In this document: one piece after another, positions 54,918-64,000 of the stretch
Layout: each line of letters begins with the position of its first letter
How positions within the stretch are numbered: position 1 is the first letter of the stretch
Assembly: GCF_001194135.2 (NCBI RefSeq)
Contig: NC_068982.1
Span: forward strand, 20,240,901-20,304,900
DNA from: Octopus bimaculoides
Lineage: Eukaryota
DNA length: 64,000 bases
Reading direction: 5' to 3'
The notes under the pieces: generated by a model
What the model saw: only the letters and a program-made list of their open reading frames with translations
The model's database searches: none
What the model was told of the DNA's origin: nothing
Position numbers and translations under genes: made by a program

Positions 54918-55664
54918 CATATTTGCTATTGCAGGTATAGTAGCTTGTCCGTATGCCTTGGCTGCGGAATGTTAAAATCCTATAGGCATGCAGTAGCGTC
55001 TCATCAATACATCTACGATGAACTAAGAATTACGACTGAAAAACAGTCTGTAAAATGTAAAGCTGAAAATGTATATGAAATATCTATACCAGTTGGAGGA
55101 TTATTAGATATTTTAATACTTCCGACGACGCAGAGGCCGATTTTCCAAACTATTATTGATTTATCAGTATTTAAAATGAGGAATGTAATTTGAGAAATAC
55201 GTTTCCATAGCTATCAAATATTTTGATTTAATTGATTGTTATCAACAAAAACTTAGAAATCTCCGTATATTTAATCATGTATTATATGCAATGCGGTTGC
55301 GCATAAAGGCATATATGTATATATNNNNNNNNNNNNNNNNNNNNNNNNNNNNNNNNNNNNNNNNNNNNNNNNNNNNNNNNNNNNNNNNNNNNNNNNNNNN
55401 NNNNNNNNNNNNNNNNNNNNNNNNNNNNNNNNNNNNNNNNNNNNNNNNNNNNNNNNNNNNNNNNNNNNNNNNNNNNNNNNNNNNNNNNNNNNNNNNNNNN
55501 NNNNNNNNNNNNNNNNNNNNNNNNNNNNNNNNNNNNNNNNNNNNNNNNNNNNNNNNNNNNNNNNNNNNNNNNNNNNNNNNNNNNNNNNNNNNNNNNNNNN
55601 NNNNNNNNNNNNNNNNNNNNNNNNNNNNNNNNNNNNNNNNNNNNNNNNNNNNNNNNNTATATAT

Positions 55665-55718
<54 letters not shown>

Positions 55719-56460
55719 GTACGTATGTATGTGAGTGTATCTGCGTGTTTGTGTGTGTGTTTGAGCGTTAGGATAATTACGTGTATAGAAATATGATATA
55801 TACAGTATATTTATTAATTAATTTATGCATATACACGCACAGGCACGTACATGCAACACACACATACACACATGCATATCCATATATAAAAACAGACGAT
55901 GCATCCAAAACCTATATATCCACTGTCATTAAGAGCTATATTCATAGTAAGCTGTTAAACTCCAAACGTTATACATTCCAGTAAACTCACAAGAAATTAT
56001 GTATACACATAATCGCCTAAAACGATCCTTAAAGGCAACAAAAATTAACAAGAAAAGGCAGAAAAACATGAATTTGACAGATATATCAGTAATTAAATAC
56101 TTTCCACGGGTATTTCATTTCGAATAAGAAAACTTCATTCTGTAATTATGTAATTAAATACATAATTAATGAAAATTAATTTAAATTAAATTAATTTAAT
56201 TAATTTTACGTAATGCTTATTTGAAATCAACAGGAATTCTACCAGCTAAAAACAGTTGCAGATATAAATAAAAATGAGACATCTAGCTATCTCTCTACTC
56301 TTCTTCATTAACTTACCTTTGTATTGATTTTGTATCTACCCTTCTCACTAAGCCATCTGTCTGTCTTGTTCCTTTATCTTGTTTTGCGCACCCTTTCTTC
56401 CTTATTCCCTATCTTTCTCTTCATCTATCATGGTATCTACATATTCACCTACCAATTTCC

Positions 56461-56523
<63 letters not shown>

Positions 56524-57116
56524 CACCTTATTTATCTTACCATTTCCTCCTTTGTCTATCGTGTGAACTTTTCGCAGTCTATTTATTCTCTGATTCTTTC
56601 CACTTCCAGTCTTTCTTCATATCTTTCCTTCTCTAACCTTGTAACTACTTCTCTATTCCTTCCGTCCATTCATTCGCTTTCTTTTTTTTATACGACGCTT
56701 CCCTCTCTCACTTTCTTTATTACTCTCTACTCTCTATGTTCAATCTGCATGTCCCCTTCCCAAGAGGTACCTCGTGACCATCGTGTTTCCCAAACTAGCA
56801 TTCTTATTGGCTTGGTCTTTCGCTTGCTCACTTGTTTTCTTTCAGCTCTTCTCTAAGATTTTAAGATTTAATTTTAGCTCCTGGTTTGCCTGCAAATTTT
56901 CTTCGTTATTTTCGGCAAACATTTGCCTCAGCCCTAAAAGACAATATTTTTCCTTTTAGGGCTACTTTCGCATGTTTCCTTCATCCAACCGAATGTAGGA
57001 ACGTTGCAATTATTATATTTATTTTTCCGTTAATATTTTCGATTGCTTTCGCTTTCAGTAACTGATCATTAAACATGTGTTAAAATATTTCTATTTATTA
57101 TTTGTACACACGAACG

Positions 57117-57117
<1 letters not shown>

Positions 57118-57203
<86 letters not shown>
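57118..57203. repeat. (CA)n microsatellite
   Basis: Read directly. Confidence 0.95.
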
Positions 57204-57206
<3 letters not shown>

Positions 57207-57322
57207 CATACATACATATATAGAAAGATACGTACAGGCATGCAGATATACATACCTATGCACATACATACAGATATATATGTATGTAGGTATGTATATA
57301 TGCATGTATGTATGTATGTATG

Positions 57323-57354
<32 letters not shown>

Positions 57355-57499
57355 CGCTACTGGTAACATGGAAACCCAGTACAAACTTGTGCATGTTCAA
57401 GTCGTCGGTAACTAAACTAGCAAGATGGCTGGTCGTAACCCTCGCATACTTGAGTCTCTCGGTCCGGCGCTGGCAATACTCGAACAAGAGTTTGCAACC

Positions 57500-57569
<70 letters not shown>

Positions 57570-59192
57570 AAGTAAAATATTACATCCACTTTTGGTTCGA
57601 TAGACATCCGATCCTATAAATTAGTTAATTAACCGATAAAGTAATAGATGGATTAACATGCTAATTTCTATGCCTAATACATTCGGCTCACCGAATTATT
57701 TGCCACAGTGAAGTAAGTATCGTATGAAGATAAGTTTTCATTCTTCATTCCTTTTTTTCCCTCTCTCTCTCTCTCTCTTGCTGTATATNNNNNNNNNNNN
57801 NNNNNNNNNNNNNNNNNNNNNNNNNNNNNNNNNNNNNNNNNNNNNNNNNNNNNNNNNNNNNNNNNNNNNNNNNNNNNNNNNNNNNNNNNNNNNNNNNNNN
57901 NNNNNNNNNNNNNNATATATATATATATATATACATATGTAACATTTAAGATTGGTTAGGTACACAATATTATGAGATGTCGGAGCCAGCAGTTGTAACG
58001 ATAAAAAATTGTTGTTATAACGGCATGTTGTACGGTGTGAAAGATGAACAATGCATGAAGTTTTAAGGAAATATTTATTTACCGTTACGTTACAATACCT
58101 TGCCTCGACGGACAGATTATGATAAAAATCGTAAAGCATGCGAAATAAAGTTTGTGTTTGTTTTCTCTTCAGTGTTTAGTAGTAATTACAGAGAGAGATA
58201 GAATGATGTTGTAAGAGAACATAATTAGAGCTTGTGAGAGTTGTAGAGTTGTGGGACGTTGTCTCACAGTTGCTGACAGTAAACTTCGTTTCTTACTTAG
58301 ACCATGGTTCTAGCTGGTCAGCCAGACGTCGTTCTCACTGAGTTGTCACCGAAGTGACAAACTGTCTTTTTCTTACGAATTCTTGTTTTTATTACTCTCC
58401 AGAAGGATAGACATATCATTGAGAACAATGGGCTTCGTTGGTGGTACTGTGATATCCCTATTCTAGCTTTTGGTGAAGTAGAAGAGGTTATAAGTGTCAA
58501 GTGGTGAAGACATTATTTCGGCCTAGCTAAAGGCAATCTGGCAAATGTAAAACTTCTGTCAGAGAAAAAACATTGTTCTACCGTGGGGAAAAGTTCTGTT
58601 GAATTTGAACCACCATAACCAAAATTAAATTTGGTTATGGTAGATCAAATCCACTTCATGCTTGCAAAATTCACTATGTATGTGTATATATATTTGTAGT
58701 GTAATGCATGGATTCATAGAATTGTGTGACTATTACAGAAATCTCGATTAATGAACTTGGCTAACAAAACATAATAATATGATATAGAAGAGTATAATGC
58801 AGATTTACTTTATTTTAATACGTATTCGTTTTTACTATGGATTTACAAGTTATAACTGGTTTATGTTGTGAATTTGAATCTTAGATAAATTGTATTAAAG
58901 TGTTATTGAATATTTATAGATCATTTCATTTCTTCCCCCAAATAAAGCAGTCATCGAATAAGTTTTTCTACTTCTTCGTATAGTTTATCTTCTAAATTTC
59001 CCATTACGAGGATTGTATATGACCGTAAAAATTTTGTCCACACGCTTTGACGACATGATTTATCACGAAATTTATAGTTCTTCTATAAATTCTATAAATG
59101 AAATCTGGCTTGAAACATCCGTTTCTCTTCTCTCTTTTTTTTTCTAACCACTCTTTGATTGCTCCGACACAAAACGTACAAGGCATATTAGC

Positions 59193-59233
<41 letters not shown>

Positions 59234-59247
59234 AGAGNNNNNNNNNN

Positions 59248-59287
<40 letters not shown>

Positions 59288-59424
59288 AACATCAATACCA
59301 ACTGACTCTCTTTAATCGAACCCTCATTCAGACTCCAATGGCAGAGGATTAGCCATGCGCTTGAAACTCAGAGTACTAAGTGTTCTGAAGCAAGCTGTTT
59401 TGTTCCCTCTCTCACTCTGTTTCT

Positions 59425-59970
59425 CACTCACCGACGAAATCGGTTAGTTATGTTGCGTGCCGTTTAAGTATCTTCCGAAAGCTCGCGCTGTGATATCTAC
59501 TTTGGAAACTATCTGCTGATGCATTGGTAGATACGTAGGGACCTCCTCTGCTATTTATGGTGCACTGCTACACGACATTTAGGGTCTTGCATTGGTAAAC
59601 CAGAGGACATTCCGAACGATCCCTGCATGAGCATAGGTTGTCAGTTTTTTTGTTTGCACATGTACAGCTGAGGCCTGTCTGGTTAGCTCTATTTACATTC
59701 GTTCTCGTGGCTACCCAGTTGTAATTTTTATTATATTTGGGTGTGTTTGGATTGTTGTTTGAGATGTAGCTAGCATATGTTGGTTGGTTAGTAAAGTTGT
59801 TGCAGTTGCTTTTTTTCTGTTGGGTAGTGTTACAGCTGAGTCCTTGTTACTGTGATGTTTTATGTGGTTGGTGTTTTCACTGTCTGTAAGGTTGTATTAT
59901 GTGCCTCCGTCAATTTTTGAGGGCCTATTTTCGATGCTGCCTGTATTCTGCTTTAGTTTTCGATCGCTAA
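59425..59970 (-). mobile_element. Penelope-like element, Cys-rich linker plus GIY-YIG endonuclease remnant
   Basis: Minus strand from 59633: CSCRDRSECPLVYQCKTLNVV*QCTI...SFQSRYHSASFRKILKRHAT*LTDFV. This matches the CxCR-x4-CPL-x3-C...VVY...F+xRY..H..SF motif series of PLE endonucleases. Confidence 0.72.
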
Positions 59971-60261
59971 TTCTATGAATTTGGTGCTCCATAATCGATG
60001 AGTTCGGTTGAGCAGCTGGCTGTACGTGTAATTTTTAGGGGAGCTACGAGCGAGTGCAACGAAGAACTGTTTCTTGATCCTGGACGATATGTTCGAGCTC
60101 CAGATCGCATTCTACCAGAGCATCTGTGGAGTTTCTGAAATAGATCCACCGGAAATAAACTACGACTGCGGATGACACCAGGTAACCCAACCGGTACCAG
60201 TGCTTCTCTCAACACATTAACACACTAATCAACACGTACCCATTAGTTCAAAATATTAAAT

Positions 60262-60293
<32 letters not shown>

Positions 60294-61039
60294 CTATAAA
60301 TATACATATATAAGTATATATACATATGCATACATATATATATACACATCCATATATATATATATATATACATATTCATATGTACGTATACATACATATT
60401 CATACGTACGTATACATATACATACATACATACATACATACATACACACACAGATAAATAGTATCCCACTGAGGTACTGTATGATCCATCTCCCATGTTT
60501 CAAAGCGAACGACCGAATGTTTGAGAAAGAAATTTCAATTTGATGTGGACTATCTGATTATTTAAAATTGCTTTAATGCAATTATATAATGGGCATTGTC
60601 ACGAAACCACTTTCGATTTACTTCCATGCAAATTTCTTAGCATGTTTCTATTTGTTAAGTCTTCTAGTGAACGGGAGGGAATCACATGACAGGTTCACTT
60701 AAACAGTCGGAGATGCATTAAATGACATATCAAACATTTACGCATACATGCCCCTAATGATATACAGATAATTTTAACCTGTATAACAGTTTTGTATAAA
60801 TGTATTATTCTGATTTATAGATATATATATGTATATATATAGAAGAATTTCAAGATATATANNNNNNNNNNNNNNNNNNNNNNNNNNNNNNNNNNNNNNN
60901 NNNNNNNNNNNNNNNNNNNNNNNNNNNNNNNNNNNNNNNNNNNNNNNNNNNNNNNNNNNNNNNNNNNNNNNNNNNNNNNNNNNNNNNNNNNNNNNNNNNN
61001 NNNNNNNNNNNNNNNNNNNNNNNNNNNNNNNNNNNNNNN

Positions 61040-61080
<41 letters not shown>

Positions 61081-61187
61081 ATGTATGTATATGTGTGTAT
61101 ATATACATACATACACGCATACACACGCATGCACACACAATCGAAATAAACAGCAGTTTGCAATGTTTCACCAGAATAGGAGAATTA

Positions 61188-61650
61188 CAGATGTCACTAA
61201 ATGTGACTAGGGTGTTAGGAAACAACTGCATTGCTCGAAATAAGAGCTAAACCGCTATAATGTTGGAGGTAACGCACATAAATGAAAATATATGCCCTAA
61301 CAGGGACCATAATAGTCCGAAAAGTGCCGATCGAGAATTCTTAATACTGACGTGTTAGTTTCGGCAAATTTTTCTTAATGTTAATTTTATTTATTACATT
61401 TTAGAGTATCGCTAAATCATCCGATTATTTGGATGACAAAAACATAAATACTAATGATTAATTAAGTACGGAAAGAGTCGAACAATCGAGCCATCTGATG
61501 TAATAATGAAAATTGCCGAAAATGTCACGCGAGTATTCAGAATTCTCGATCGACACTTTTCGGACAACTATAGTCCCTCTTACTCTATAAGTTTTAATTC
61601 ATATACGTAATGTAGGTGTTTTCCTAACATCCTAGTCATATTTAGTGACA

Positions 61651-61654
<4 letters not shown>
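61188..61654. mobile_element. Foldback MITE (467 bp) with ~185-bp imperfect TIRs
   Basis: cagatgtcactaaatgtgactagggtgttagga... at 61188 matches the reverse complement of the 61654 end. The inner arm gggaccataatagtccgaaaagtgccgatcgagaattc also has a reverse-complement partner. The left flank is TA. Confidence 0.75.
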
Positions 61655-61693
<39 letters not shown>

Positions 61694-62076
61694 CATATAA
61701 CGATAAAATCTATTTATGATTTTATCAAGTAGCCAGCGTGTAAGACCAAATAAGGAAAAAATTAATACAAAGTATATAGCCTTTTCCTTGTGTATAAAAT
61801 ACATTATTATATCAAGGGCTATTACTATGAATAAAGCCACACGCTGTAAAGCGGGCTCTAAAGTCAAACTACTTCAACAAATATACACACGAGCCGAATT
61901 CGAGGGAATGAAGATAGGAGAAATTCGTTTAGAAATGCTTTAGTCGTATATCATTACTGATTTCTTGGTCAGCATGTATAACACATTCTCCACTCATCAG
62001 TATGACCATAATCAGAAAAATATGAATGTAAACATTCATACATAACATACGAAAACAACGTATCCAGCAGAGAATG

Positions 62077-62107
<31 letters not shown>

Positions 62108-62204
62108 NNNNNNNNNNNNNNNNNNNNNNNNNNNNNNNNNNNNNNNNNNNNNNNNNNNNNNNNNNNNNNNNNNNNNNNNNNNNNNNNNNNNNNNNNNNNN
62201 NNNN

Positions 62205-62260
<56 letters not shown>

Positions 62261-62360
62261 GAAAGAATGTATTCCCGAATGGGTAAACTCAGATTTACCA
62301 AGCGAGAAAGTTTACCAGTGCCTCGCAACTTGTTGTTAACTCGAATATTTAACTGTCAAC

Positions 62361-62660
62361 ATGGCGGCTTGTGAGAGTCGACCGATGTCGTGTGATGAAA
62401 AACAAAAGGATCGTGTGCCTTCACCAGAAGGGCAAGTAAAATGCTGTGATAGCAAATACTGTAGGAAGGTCTAGATGTGTTGTGCAACGAATTGCAGCTC
62501 GTTTCAAGTCACCAGGATCGAAAGATGCTAAACGCCAAACCGATAAGATAGGATCGTATTATGGTTAAAATGTCACTGAAGGATAGGTTTAAGAGTGTTG
62601 CTGAGATATCCCGTAAGTTTAGTTCCGCTTCCGATGTCAACGTATCGTGCAAAACAGTTG
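62361..62660 (+). mobile_element. Tc1-like transposase N-terminal HTH fragment
   Basis: IVCLHQKGK*NAVIANTVGRSRCVVQRIAARFK...DRIMVKMSLKDRFKSVAEISRKFSSASDVNVSCKTV. It is truncated where the PLE fragment begins. Confidence 0.75.
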
Positions 62661-63240
62661 GAGTGGCGGGTCGACAACTGATGGAGGATACTCTCGATTT
62701 AGAAAAAAACTGTCGCAACGCTTTGCAATGGAATTCGAAATCCGAATCGATGCTGCAAAGTTGTCGAAAGCGGGCGAAGAAATTGAGAGAAAGATATGGC
62801 AGATTTAATGTGCTTGAGGCGAGAGGAAGAGTAGTGGAGGAAGGAGTGGGAGTCAGTAGGTTTATAGTAAATAGAAATGGAGAGATCGGTATTGTGTATT
62901 TTGACGAAGATGTCCAGAAAGCAAACAGAAGTACCAGTTATGGTGTGGGTGAATTCCATGGGTAGGTGAAGGTGTTAACAAAAGAAATAAACTCGTTGAG
63001 CTGTTGTCTGTTAAGGCTTGTGGTGCCAATGCATTTGTCAGACCATAACGTTCTGGAATGGGCCAGGTAAGTGAGCATAGATTTTCTCCTCTACATAAAT
63101 TACAAAGAGGTTGGTACAAGTGGGGCCCATCCTGATGCCCATAGCAACACCACTGGAATGCTTATAGAATTCACCAGAGAAAGAAAAACAATTGAGTGTT
63201 AAGACGAGCTCAGCTAGGCGGAGGTGCATATTAGTGATAC
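62661..63240 (-). mobile_element. Penelope-like element reverse transcriptase fragment
   Basis: LRLAELVLTLNCFSFSGEFYKHSSGVAMGIRMGPTCTNLFV, FTHTITGTSVCFLDIFV and IYYKPTDSHSFLHYSS...SAISFSQFLR are PLE RT and thumb motifs. Confidence 0.88.
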
Positions 63241-63328
63241 GTCCATTATCAGTTGCATCATCCGTTTTTCAAGCTGAGAGAATGTAAACTCCGCTTGACT
63301 CTTTTTCTCTTTATCTTCTCTTTTTCTC

Positions 63329-63365
63329 TGCCACCTGACGAAGCATTGAATCCGAAACGTTGGAT
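63329..63365 (+). ncRNA. Minimal PLE-type hammerhead remnant (CTGACGA-A-GCATTGAATCC-GAAACGTT)
   Basis: Core CTGACGA at 63335-41 and GAAACGTT at 63354-61 with a palindromic mini helix III. Helices I and II are decayed. It lies next to a PLE RT fragment. Confidence 0.35.
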
Positions 63366-63479
63366 ATTCCACTCCTCATGACAAGTTCAATAAGTATCAA
63401 GACTGTTGCCATAGTAGCGAAGCTAAAGCTCGGCACAGATTGACTTTGAACTCAGCTGTGCATGTGCACTAAGTTCTAA

Positions 63480-64000
63480 CACTCTAGCTTACTTCCGCTG
63501 TTTGCAGCAGTGATTGGAAGGATCGTGTGTATCGTGTGATCGTCGCATTGAACATGACAGAGAAATTTGCCCAGACTTGGCGATACCTGCTCAGAGGCCT
63601 ACGCAAAGGTTTCAAAAAGTTTTCATCGTTCTTCAAACAATCAAGGAGATCTTGTTCAAGTGAAGCTCGAGTGTATCTTTGGTTATCTGAGAGCAGTTTT
63701 GGTATAATCTTGACAGACAGACGTCTCATACCTAAATCTTCAGCGATAGTGCACTGAACAGAATCGTAGATAATTTACACATCCTATGATAACTCACGGA
63801 TGGTGATTCGTCGATTTCCCCTCACAGCTGCACGCACATCTGCGATGTTTTACTGATTGTGTGTCTCCCAGAACGTTCGTCAATATCGACGTTTTTTCGG
63901 CCATCTTGAAACCTCTGAACCACTGGTACACTTGTATGCAGCTCATACACTCCTCTCCATACACTTGCAAAATCTGCGAAAGCTTCTGTGCAGGTATCAC
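63480..64000 (-). mobile_element. mariner transposase fragment, runs off the window edge
   Basis: QVYGEECMSCIQVYQWFRGFK, RRITIR-like HTH, and MRRLSVKIIPKLLS (WVP(R/H)EL-equivalent) followed by LLDCLKNDENFLK. Confidence 0.85.

Noticed and set aside
56765-56960. Minus-strand coiled-coil-like frame MFAENNEENLQANQELK... and an 11-bp hairpin
   Set aside because: It has an in-frame TGA, and purine-strand bias explains the composition.
58403-58486. Plus-strand exon candidate KDRHIIENNGLRWWYCDIPILAFGEVEE
   Set aside because: Good acceptor but weak donor, no homology and no compatible neighbour. Similar candidates (8003, 15810, 16479, 37369, 44899) arise too often to be informative.
8781-62328. Long ORF-track entries containing X runs or HTHT/CVCV/YIYI/SLSL/poly-I/poly-Y
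   Set aside because: They are translations of N gaps and microsatellites.
62561-62965. 134-aa ORF as a host gene
   Set aside because: It is a chimera of Tc1 transposase and antisense PLE RT.
1-64000. CRISPR arrays, rRNA, operons, prokaryotic terminators
   Set aside because: No repeat-spacer arrays or rRNA-like sequence were seen, and the DNA is eukaryotic.

Overview
AT-rich, intron-like or intergenic animal DNA, dense in microsatellites and with many N gaps. The SINE families and the (TA)/(CA)/(ATCT) load point to an octopus genome; this is my inference from remembered repeat consensus and is not verified. I could not identify any host protein-coding gene with confidence. The ORF track is almost entirely microsatellite/N artefact or TE antisense. 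Supported content is mostly decayed mobile DNA: about 12 tRNA-derived SINE copies from three families, a Helitron PIF1-helicase fragment (25.3-26.2 kb), maT/DD37D, Tc1 and mariner transposase fragments, RTE LINE fragments, two Penelope-like (PLE) fragments and two foldback MITEs. The best unannotated signal is structured RNA. There is a complete type I hammerhead ribozyme fold at 26406-26488, about 180 bp past the Helitron breakpoint. A degenerate hammerhead with the same GAAC/GTTC helix II base sits in a ~290-bp-period repeat at 49.7-50.4 kb, and a minimal PLE-type hammerhead remnant is at 63.3 kb. A 34-bp pri-miRNA-like hairpin lies at 20181-20256. A few isolated exon candidates are reported at low confidence. 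All folds and translations were done by hand.
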